Shown here one piece after another: positions 50,050-61,300 of a stretch of DNA of 64,000 bases. Both the position numbers and the translations under genes were made by a program. Each line of letters begins with the position of its first letter. The first letter of the stretch is position 1. The notes below the pieces were generated by a model, which was not told the DNA's origin, did not search any database, and worked only from the letters and a program-made list of their open reading frames with translations. This DNA comes from Anthoceros angustus (lineage: Eukaryota; Plantae; Anthocerotophyta). The stretch is from the NCBI GenBank assembly GCA_010909165.1, contig MU008175.1:310001-374000 (forward strand), read 5' to 3'.

Positions 50050-53000
50050 GCAAATGGGTCTTGTCCATGTTAACACGTTGATACATGGCTTCTTTAGGGT
50101 CTGAAGGTCCAAGCGGGATGCACATAGATATGCCGATTGCATTCATGCAAAACACTTATTCGTGGAATTTGCTTACAAGGGCATTTGCATTAAAAGTTGA
50201 GTTCTGGTCTCGGGACACATGATTATCCGCCACACGTTGAAGCCCACTTGCCAATTGACCCCCGGCGTGGTGTCCTGGCCTTGTCCTTGGTGGCACATAG
50301 CAGGCTTTAAATGGCGTGGCCACAAGCGGGGTCAGTCCGCTGCATCTTCATACGGCTACCGGGAATGCAATGGCCGCCATGTGCTCTAACTTGGGTCTGT
50401 GATTTGTCGAACCCACACCGCAGACTCCTCTGGTTCCGCCCTTGATGGGAGAAGCCATGGGCAGCCGAGGCAAGGAGCTTGATGGAAGCGCAAGGTTTTG
50501 GCCGCGGAGTTCCAAGATCGGCGGCCGGCGGTGGCGCGGTGTTCTTGGGCTTCGCGAAGAGGGGCGTGGATCGCCATATGCCGGGAACCTCAAGTCGCTC
50601 AACAATTGCGCAGAAGGGATGTCGGCCGTGTTGTTGAGGATGATTGTGACATGGCGTGTTATAGACAATGAATCAAGGATGGCGGTGGAAAGTGGCGACT
50701 CTTGATGGCCGGTTTGCCCAGCTACAATGGAAGCATCTTTATTAGCTACGGTCTTGTGATTGGGGCCGTCTTCCACATTCTTTGGATAGCTGGACATGGC
50801 GTGCATGTTGTTGTGCCGAAGCCCTTTTAGGCGTGCTTGGATGTAGTTGTTACCCAAGCCTCGTAACTTGATCCCTCCCAGTGTGAACGAGTTGGAAAGG
50901 ATGTTGTGTGGCATGTGCTAATGCAAGGCGGGTTGAAGGCATGTTTCGTTAATGTCAAGTGCGGTAAATCTTGTTGCCTCATGTCGGCAAGTTTATCTGA
51001 CCATTGTATGTGGATCAACCAAAAAGCAAACGGGCCTCCTTAACAACCCTACATTTAGGCATGGGTGCCTAGAAACTCAAAACCACGCCACGAGTGCCGA
51101 CCATACCGCCAAGACAATCACTTGACCGTAGTCCCTCCTTGTCATGCTCCCTCTTAGCCACCCAGTCCGGATATTTGGCGATTGTGGGGCTCGGCCAATA
51201 CACTGGATGTCTTGGGTAGCCTTGGGATGGCGATCATCGAAGTTTGTTGCCAAAACCATGTCCTCCTCTATTGCGGTGGGGTGACCACGGACACACAGTT
51301 AAGGAGGCTGGTACACCCCTCAATTTGGCTCCCCTCGTAATAATAAGCCATGATCACCCTCATGATAGGAAACACCTTGCCGCTTTGCCATGCTTTGTCG
51401 AAACGGCTTGGCTAGTGACCGGCGTCGATACATAGCACATAGAACTCCACATGCTCTACATTTCCCTTGGGAGCCAGGCACCATAAAGTTACTACACTGT
51501 GTCCGCTCCATCATAAGACCTTGAGGCATGGGTGGGCGGGCACTTCATCCACATTCTCTGGTGACCATTGAGCACCCTTGTGCTTCCCACGGATGTTTCT
51601 TTTGGGGCTGTTTCCCATTCTTCCTTTTCCCTCACCGAACTTGGCCAGGAGGCGCGTCTCCGGACTCCGCATGCTTGCTCTCCTTTCCTTCATTGGTTTT
51701 TCGATTACGGTGCGAACTCATCAACCATTTCAAAAGTCACCATTTCATTCGGCCACCTTCTTCATTGGGCATGATGGGCCCACCACCACTTGCAAGAACA
51801 CCGCGTCGACCAAGGCGGTGAAGAGCACCAGACATTGATTCACAGTTGCAAGTATGTTCCGGATCGATGCCACCTGCCTCACATCCGGATGCTCCAAAAG
51901 TTTTTGATGTTCGCGTGATTGAGGCGTCATCCGCAACAACCCTATCTCTGCTATAACTTGATTGGCACCAATCATCACGGTATCCACTGCGCCACCCTCA
52001 TACTGATCTCGCCACCACACCACAGCTACCAAGCGGTGGACATCACCGGTTGTCGTCAATGCCAAATGGACACTTGTCCGGGCCGTCACTTGCCACATGA
52101 TCCAAGATATTGGTCACGTAGAACACCACGACTCCTCTGCCGATTCGTCACATTTATCAACACATTCAATTCGGCCACCTCCAAGTTATCACTTGATTCA
52201 CAAGACTCTGGACACCACAACCATTTCATCACCTACATCCACACCTCCACTCGAATACCGGTGGGAAGGCACCGTTGTCTGCCGCAATAAGAGCGCACAA
52301 TACACCGTGACCAGCAGAGGCGTAGCGGCCACCGTTGTAGCTTGTCTTGTGGTCATCCTGCAGCGGACAAACATGTACTCAAAGTGTAGACAGATCTAGT
52401 TTCAACAAAGCAATGCCCTCACAAACCCACACGATGTCCTTCGGAGGAACACGCACATGCCAACTTGCCGTGCATTCCTCACCAACTTCAACCCTGGGGG
52501 GACCTTGTGTCTGGGGCCTTGGTGGAGTAGGAGCTATGTCCAGGGCGGGGTCGTGTGGCTGCTGTGGGGACAACGTCATCTTCAATTTGTGAGTCTAGCA
52601 CCACTTTGAGTAATCGCCCAAACATGCGCGAACAACACGAGGCTTTTCCTCGGGCATTGGGGTGCGAAGGAATTCACGTGGCTTCATGTGCCTCCCTTGG
52701 CCTTGCAGCAAATTCATCAGCTACAGTGCGAGAAATATGTTGACATCGGCGTCAGTTGGCATAATTGCACCTGGACGAGTTCGAGATCTTTGTGAAATTT
52801 AGTCGAGCGGACTTACAATGAAAATGGACAAGACAACAAACAGGCATGGAACATACATATTGGAGACTCAAGATTTTTTCTTTTGGGGTGGCCAACCAAT
52901 TCTTCGGTGATTGTGACTCAATGTCTTTCCATGTGTCATGGTCGGTCTCCAATGCACTCGAGGAACTCTTTCTCCCAAGTGTCTCGCTGGTCCTGTTCCC

Positions 53001-54700
53001 ATGGAAGGAGCTTCTCCTCCTGCTTTGATCAGTAAGCTCTCAACCATGATGCGGGCACATCATTGCACCACTGGACGTGGGCGGCAACAATGTTTGTCAA
53101 GTGCACGATGCGGATATCGTGGAAGCAATGGCCACATGGAGTGAACACCATCTCGTTACAGGCGTACCACCGCCATGACACACATTACACTTTAGGACAC
53201 ACGAGCTTGCGGCTTTGAAGGAAAACCAGTTGCGTGAGAAAGGGATCACCTTGGCCTTGGCACCACATGACTAGGTGGTGCCAAGGCCCTCTCGCCACCC
53301 ACTACATCACCAAGTCCGGCCATCCACGGAAACCATGACATCACCGAGCCACCACCGCAACCTACCACTACATCACGAATGCCACGCCCACCGACCCACT
53401 CTGACAGGCCCGCACACAAGCCATGCACTACATCACCAAGGCCACCAAAAGCTCACGGGACACCCAGCGGATGAACACACAGACCAATTCCTCACCATCC
53501 GTCAAGTGATCACCCACCCTTCCACCGGAGAACACATGAGTCACCACCCCTTGAGCACCCCTACCACCACCTCACCATCCGTGAGCGTCACGGAGCACCC
53601 AAGCACACAGCACATCACCATAAGGAAAACATCGGTCACGGACACCTCGTCCGTGTGCAAGAAGAATCCACACTTACCGCGTACAAACACTACGCCGTTC
53701 GACGGGGCATGACTTGGCGGGAGGCGAGGCCGACACCGCAGTGATCCATGTTACATGCCCGGTTTGAACGCTGGAGAACATCCTCATGTTTTCAAGAGAA
53801 GCCGGTGTCCGGAGCTTGTTCCTCGTTTTTCTCCTTCAAGGTGAAACACCCTCGGAATATTTAGTTTTGTCAAGCCAATTTGAATCTTGTCAGTCTCATG
53901 AATACTCTAGTCGTCAAGCCCTCCACTATTCATGACCATGTCGGCAAGCTGGACCTTGGTGTTGCCCAAATCCAAGAGTGCCTCCTCCCCATCTTTTGAC
54001 AAAACAGCCTCCTCCGCACAAGCTTCCAACTCGCACTAATTTTTCCAGACCTCATCCATGACAACCTTTGGTGCCCATGGCTCAAGACGTAGCTCTTGTC
54101 ACTTTTCTCGCCACTGCGGCCGATTGGAGACTCCTCGTCTCCCTTCTTGCCGGCCTCCTCTTCTACATTCTTTGCGGAGGTCCGTCCTTCTTCATGGCCA
54201 TGCTTCCTCTTCCCAACTAGAGCTCCAGATTCTTTGGGAGGATCGCCTCGTCATTCTCGCTCACTTTGACGAGTGGAACACTCTTCCACATCAACCTCCG
54301 CTCCTGCATCATCACCGCCACCACAGGTTGTGAAGAATCGTTGTATTCTCTGGATGGGACTTCCACACCGTGATTTCTTCTCCATCGCATCGCCTTATCC
54401 ACCTTCCTCTTCTCAACGCTAAATAGTACTCAAACCAATTCACACGCTTGCCAAGCTTCTTCTCGATTAGGAACCCAAGTGCCACAAGCACCCTTTTCTG
54501 CTGACCGTGGAGCCCGCCCATACTGACTTCTCAACAAGACTATCAACATCGTCCACTCTATGTCGATAGTGCAGATCCCCAAGAGGTATCCATCGTTCCC
54601 ATTAGTGACATCCCCAAAATGCCTCTTGATCTCATCTTCACCTCCAATAGCCTCCTTTAGTCCAACTGTAGTTCAGACATTCACATTAGTTGACAATTCC
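50050..54700 (-). pseudogene. Fragmented uncharacterised cargo ORFs in the Sola2-like element
   Basis: Protein-like minus-strand segments (DGY..GQQKRVLVALGFLIEKKLGKRVNWFEYY with a coiled-coil tail at 54650-53850; VGEECTASWHVRVP/GHGVLCAL at 52500-52270; EFYVLCIDAGH..GKVFPIMRVIMAYYY at 51440-51340). No family recognised. Confidence 0.35.
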
Positions 54701-55797
54701 ATATCACCGTAGGCCAACACCAATGCTCCCCAATTTTTCAGAATGTCGTGTCCTTGCAGGCCGCAGCGCGCTCTATCCAACCTAGCCGGTGCGCCTAGCG
54801 TTCATCCATCTTGCTTGCACAGGCGCTTGACACACCACCGGAATCGCCGCTCCGCCCACCTGCTTCACCCTACGTTGCTAGTGACATGGTGTCCTTCACC
54901 TCAAGCGTGGTGCCTTGTCCACCCACTCCGTTTGGCACCGCGCTCCTCGTTCGGGAGGCGGGCGCATGGTGGCGAACCCAAAACCGCACAAACCCGCCTT
55001 GCACCGCACCCCCATCACGCACCACTATTGCTCCGGTCCCAAGCTGAAAGCCACCGACTCCACTACCGCGATCCACCCACCTACAGTCACCAGCCGTCAC
55101 CACCTATTCTCGCAGCTCTAGAAGACATATAGGGACTCACGGAAAACCTGCTGGTGGCGCCTATCGCGTTCGCCCCGCACCACGCCAGCGCACCACAACG
55201 CTCCACGTTCCACGAAAAAGTGCCGGACGGACAAACGCCCTCCGCACCGCCCCGCACTGCTGCAGAGCTACCGTCCGTGTAAGCGGTTCCGACCCCAAGC
55301 GACTGCGCAATCACGCCTGCCGTCACACCACCTATTGCCCGCGACATAGCTCTAGCAAAACCCATGTAGGGACTCCACATGGTGACAATCCACTGCCGTC
55401 CCGGTTGAGCTCGCGGTTCGGTGATGCATGCACAAATCCAATGCTTGTGAGTCTCAACATTAGGAGCACGGTGATGGAAGTGGATAACCTCATTATCACC
55501 CTTAAAAGTCACGAGCATCCGCGTTTAGCCTCCCTTCCCGTCGGTCCTTACGAGTTTGTATAATAAATTGTCCCTAGCATATATAGCAAGACTTAAACCA
55601 ATAATATATCAAATAAATCAATTTTCCAAATAAAAAATTAAATATATCTATGAAGTTAAAAGCGAATAGCCCTAAAAATATCGGTCAAAATGGGCATAAT
55701 TTCAATTGTTAAGAAATCTGAACGTCATGCAAAACACCACTTAGAGACGGTTTCGCCCGTTTCCGAAATTAGTGGTCACCTAACCATGCTCGTACCC

Positions 55798-56992
55798 CTA
55801 AAGCCAAGGTGGAGCTTGAAGAGGGTGCCCAAGGCTTGAGGCCAAGAGAGGGGACCAAGGACCAAGTCCCAAGGCTTGAGGTCAAGAGAGGGGACCAAGG
55901 CCAAAGGAGAGGCCCAAGTCCCAAGGCTTAAGGCCAAGAGAGGGACCAAGGACCAAGTCCCAAGGCTTGAGGTCAAGAGAGGGGACCAAGGCCAAAGGAG
56001 AGGCCCAAGTCCCAAGGCTTAAGGCCAAGAGAGAGGACCCAAGACGCAATGAGAGGCCCAAGTCCTAAGGCTTGAGGCCAAGAAGAAGAAGCCCAAGTCC
56101 CAAGGCTTGAGGCCAAGAAGAAGAAGCCCAAGTCCCAAGGCTTGAGGCCAAGAAGAAGAAGCCCAAGTCCCAAGGCTTGAGGCCAAGAAGAAGAAGCCCA
56201 AGTCCCAAGGCTTGAGGCCAAGAGAGAGGACCCAAGGCACAATGAGAGGCCCAAGTCCTAAGGCTTGAGGCCAAGAAGAAGAAGCCCAAGTCCAAGGAGA
56301 GGAATGAGACCTCTATAAGGGAGTTTGGCCTTTTAAGGCCAACCAGCTAAGTGTACTAGGTGATGCTAAGCCGTGCTAGGCTTAGTGTGCTAGACCTGCT
56401 AGGCATGCTAGGCTTGCTAAGGAGATGCTAGGCTTGCTAAGAAGATGCTAGGGTTGCTAAGGTGATGTTAGGCTATGCTTAGCTCGTTGGGCAAGTAGGC
56501 AAGGGACCCTCTAAAGCCAAGGTGGAGCTAGAAGAGTGTGCCCAATGCTTGAGGCCGAGAAGAAGAAGGAGAAGAGGCCCAAGTCCCAAGGAGAGGAATG
56601 AGACCTTCCCAAGGGAGCTTGGCCTTTCAAGGCCAACCAATCAAGGAAGAAAGAGTAGTAAAATACTCTTGGGTGCTTGGAAGCCGGATTTCAAGGTGAT
56701 AAGGAAGGAGAGGATAGCATTTGGTGAGTTATCCATTCATTCGTGTTGGCTATCCATTCAAAACTCCCAGTTATTGCACCCCATTCTAGTATTGATCCGC
56801 ACCTAGGGTGCTAAACCGTGGTTAACTCACCAAGGTGGTATTCAACTCACCTATCTCAACTCCTTGCACATCCAAATGAGATTGATGAGTATTTGTATGG
56901 TGTTAAGGTACGCAACCCATAGATACTTAGAGGTTTCACTAATCACGATCTAAGCGAGCAGAGTGTGTTAACCTTGATTAAGGGTTGTGACG
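55798..56992. repeat. Right part of the LTR-like sequence: CCCAAGGCTTGAGGCCAAGAAGAAGAAG tandem array and CTAGG array
   Basis: About 10 units of 26-35 bp at 55830-56300; ends GGGTTGTGAC(G), a typical LTR 3' end; followed by a gag-like remnant. Confidence 0.55.
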
Positions 56993-57259
56993 TAGCCACT
57001 AACCACCTTGGAGTGCATGTCGGGACATACTCGATCCGGACGGAGCTACCAACCACCAGCCAGTCCATCGGAGCAAATTCAAAGTCTCGACCAAGAGAGA
57101 AAAGTACGAACACCTCGATTTTGGTACCAGCGAAGGATGCATAGGAACCCAACAACTCCATTAACAATCTTTGAAGGATCTGTAAGTGAAAACACACAAG
57201 ACATGTCGGTGCCATTGGGACAACTCAGCGTAAGCGACAACAAATAGGACTTGTCTCTA

Positions 57260-58290
57260 GGAGTCGTTAAGATGGAAGGAGACAAGGATCGAATGGACTT
57301 GTTCACGGGACAAGCGGGCACCTTGATATTGGAGGACTTTATCGAGAAGTACGGTGTGGTATTTGTGGAGATGGAATTGAAGACCGGATACTGTGAATTA
57401 CGCCCTACGCCCCGTTGCTGAGAGAAGGACATCTTCCCGGTCGACTTCTCAGCAGTTCTCGCAGTCGCTCACGCCCAGACATCCCGGTCTTTGGGCTTTC
57501 TCTTAGGGGTTCGAGCTGGCGCCAGTGATCTTGCTCCTTCCAGGCTTCAATCTCTTGGAGTTCGGGAGCGCCGACGGAGGCATCGCAGCTGCCCTACCTC
57601 GAGAGCGACAAGCACACATGGGGCCAAAGAAGGCGGTAGAAGCCTGGGAGCCCTGGCGCCTGGTGGAGCGGAACATAGTAACCCGGCGCTACCCCGATTT
57701 CGGCCTATGGCTTGCCGAAACAGGTGAGCTTGTGCAGTGCACTGGACATCTTCCAGTGTAGACCTCTGACACGGCGTCGGTCAGTACCGAAGATGTTGGC
57801 GGCGACGAGCAAGGTTGTCCGCTCGAAAAGTTTGAGGGAGGACCCATGGCGATGGACAGTGGAGGTCCTTCGTGCGGTGTACAACGCCGTGAGAGGAGGT
57901 TGGGGCGTGGTGCGAGGCCCCACAAGGTGAAGGGAGGTTGGAGGCCAGGGCGTGGCTGGCTTGAGGGACTCATAAGTCCTCCAACGGGTGTCGGACCTAC
58001 TGGACCATCGGGTGAGGGCAGTGGCGAAAATCATCGTCCACTGGAACATGCTCACCAAGGTGGACCACCTGGGGGACAACCTGCTGGTCTTCCTGCACGC
58101 CCTCCTGAGGGGCAAGAGGGCGGACTAGGGGCCAATTATCTTCGCCCAAATAGCCCAGGAGGCTTAGAAGCTACGCAAGGAGCGGCCTTACCCTTCAGCG
58201 TTGTCCCCTTTCATTTTGCATGTCTGGGGACACCTCAATCTCGTGAAGGGAGAGGAGGAACGATCCCTCTGACGAGGGCTGGCCACCCTA
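57260..58290 (+). pseudogene. Possible degenerate gag-like remnant following the LTR-like sequence
   Basis: MEGDKDRMDLFTGQAGTLILEDFIEKY resembles a gypsy capsid N-terminus; the rest is unrecognised. Confidence 0.3.
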
Positions 58291-58389
58291 CCTGAGGGAG
58301 AGCGGGAAGGAAGCGCGGGACTGGACCTTGGCCCGGCCGGTCAAGACTGACAGCATAGAGGAGGAAGCACAGGAGGGCATTCGGATACG

Positions 58390-61300
58390 ATCACTGGAGC
58401 AGACTTCCTCCTCAAAGTGTCCCATCTCATTGTGCACGCTATGAATGAGCTGTTCCCTATCAGCGGGAGGTGGGACCAATCGTTCGAGGCCATTGCTCAG
58501 TTTCCTCCGCGATGTGCCGATCCCAGAGTACCTAGCGACGCTGTTGCACCTTCTCCTCGCCGTGCTCATGGTGAGTTCAATCGCCTTTGTTTGGACAAAC
58601 ACCAATGCATCTGAATCCTCCCAAATGTCCTTGTCTCGCGGGCTGCTCGTCCACTTCAATCGCCCCAAACATGTCATGGCGAGTAGCGCAGATTGGTGAA
58701 GGATCCATCATCCTTGAATCGCCATCCTCGGAATAGCCTCAATGCCATCCTCATCGCCTCTCATCCGGATTCCTGGAAAGAGTGTCGATTACGATGTTTG
58801 ATCTTGTGCACTACTTTGAATTAGTCTTGCAAGATCATTGCCCATCGGCCAACTTCCACTTAGCTTGGTGTTAGTCATCACCACTTGAGGAGGTGATGGT
58901 CGATGCCACTTCACTTGTCCAAACATGTCGTGGCGGTAGCGCTGACGTTGTTGAAGGATCCATCATCCTTGGAATCGCCATCCTCGGAATAGCCTCAATG
59001 CCATCCTCAACTCATCGGTTCACGGAAAGAGTGTCGGCGTTCGATGTTTGATCTTGGGGGTGCTACTTTGAATTACGTAGTCTTGCAAGATCATTGCCCA
59101 TCGGCCAACTTCACTTAGCTTGGTGTTAGTCATGACCCTTGAGAGGCGATGGTGATGTTTCAGTGAATGGCGCCATAAAGATACGGACTGAAATGGCAAG
59201 CCTTCTCAAGCATTCTCATATAGCTCTGTGGTTGCCTCGGTTGGTTGTTTAGTGATGCATATGCAATCCTCGCTCCTGTCCTTCGTCAGGCGGGCAAGCC
59301 TGCAACGAGTCCCAGGATGCTCCAGTCGGTGTGGACTACGAAGGGCTTCTCGAAGTCAGGCCTTGCCATGACGGGGGCCTCCATGAGTCGCTCCTTCAAA
59401 GAGGAAAAGGCTTGCTGCATCACCTCTGTCCAGCTCCAGCTGACATCCTTGCGTAGAAGCTCATTGAGAGGCTTGGCAATCCGGCTGAAGTTCTGAATGT
59501 ACACTCGGTAGTAATTACACAAACCGAGAAAGGCTCGCAGTGAGGATATGTTGGTGGGCTCCTTGACCTGCATTATAAACGTACCTTGGGAATGGGGCAT
59601 CACCCATTTGGCACGATTCGATGTCAAGATACGCGGCCATCCATGCCAAAGTCGCACTTCTTGGGATGACAAATCAGCTGTGCCTTCCGTAGGCGCTGAA
59701 ACAGGTCCTCAAGATGCACTAGGTGGGCTTCGAAATCCACGCTGTGCACCAGCACATCATCAATGTAGCACATCAAGTTTGCTGAACCTGCCAAGAGCGA
59801 GTCCATGACTCGCTGAAACGTCACCGGCGCATTCTTGAAGCCAAAGGGCATTACTAGCCACTCCCACAATTGCTGAGAGCCATGAAAGGCCATCTTCTTG
59901 ATATCCTTCTCGGCCACTGGTACTTGATTGAACCCTTGGCGTAGGTCCAATATAGAAAAGTAGGTGGAACTGCCAATGTTGTCAAAGATTTCCTCTTAAC
60001 GTCGGCATTGGATCGGTCTGTGAGGTGGCGGCATTGATGGGATAGTGGTCCCCACACATGCTTTTCGAGTCCATGACCGTTGCTGTCCTTATTGGGAGGC
60101 ATCACCGTAGCTGCCACATAGTACGAGCTAGAGGGCCGAATGAGTCCCGCTTCCAGCAACTCCTGACACCTAGCATCCACCATGTCCCACTCAGTCTTGC
60201 TGAGCTTGTACCGTCTCCGATAGATGGGCTCCTTGCTGGTCAAATTGATGTGGAAGGTAGTGACTTGCAGTGCTTCAACTCTCGCATGGAGAATGCGAAG
60301 CAATCCTTGTACTGGAGTAGCGACACTCGAATCCGTTCCTGCTGTTCAACACTGAGTTTAGGTCCCATGACCTACATGAAATTCTCAACGCATGGCTTAG
60401 GCTTAGTTGAGCCATCATGTTGCCTCCTCCACTACGGGGCTTGAAAGGCAGGCCTTGCTATCCGGGCCCGTGCTCACCCCACCGCATCAAGCCAAGATGA
60501 CCAGGTAGTATAACCTGGGAAGGGCAAGTGGGCATGACGTCCATGAGGCAGAAGCGGTGGAGTGAGCAATGATCTGGAGAAGCCATGAGTTGAAATGCAC
60601 AAGCGACCGGCCCGGTAAGGGCATGAAGGTCCATGGCCCGTCCCAAGGCAGCAGACCGCTGTCGGACTGTGACGTGCGGTGCGGCTATTGCATGAGTGGG
60701 AAAGCCCATGAGGCGTTCCCGTTCCTCTACACTAGGTTCCTCCCATTCTTTGAGTCACAGTGTTGAGAAGCAATCCGGAGCCCTCTCCTCGATAAACATA
60801 AGAGCTAGGGAAGCTCACCAAGGTGGGTAAAGTCGCGGGCGGGCCGGGGTGTTGGTGCGGTACCATGGAGGTTCTCGTAGCATGCCAGGCGGGCTGATGA
60901 TGCCATCCGGAACACTGGACAAGGCGAGTGGGGTCCGGGTGGTGAATGAGAACCATTGCAGGGAGAGGTTGGGGCCAAGTTAGTCCACCGATTGCGGCCG
61001 GTGAGCATAACCGCTTGGGCAGCATCCGGCAAGGAGCCCCAACATGCGGTGGCGGATAGCCATGTCTGGCCGGGAGCGAGTATCCAAGCTGTCTGGTGTA
61101 TTCTCCAGCACATAAACACAACCAGGGGCTGTGGTCTTGAATGCACACCAACACTGCAAATCGAGCGGCGTAAGGCGTCACGCAAACCGCCTCTGTCCCG
61201 GCGAAGAAGCCTTGCACTCCCAGCGGCTATCACTATATCGATGGGAGAAGCGATTGAATATCACGGGTTGAAGGTAGCGGATATCACATGGGGACGTGGT

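Larger units (their letters stand above)
44926..55797. mobile_element. Sola2-like DNA transposon, 10.9 kb, with transposase and uncharacterised cargo
   Basis: Termini GGGT..ACCC with imperfect TIRs; 4-bp TSD CTAA (44922-44925, 55798-55801). The empty site GGCAAGGGACCCTCTAAAGCCAAGGTGGAGCT is present intact in a sister repeat at ~56499-56530. Confidence 0.8.

Noticed and set aside
51320-51529. Ulp1/SUMO-protease catalytic motif in the Sola2-like cargo (CGVLCAMY)
   Set aside because: The upstream His/Asp and Q-x-N-x-x-DCG context are absent; the resemblance is too weak.
55776-56295. Repetitive LGLKPWDLG/WPQALG ORFs resembling pentapeptide or LRR proteins
   Set aside because: Translations of the CCAAGG tandem array in the LTR-like sequence.
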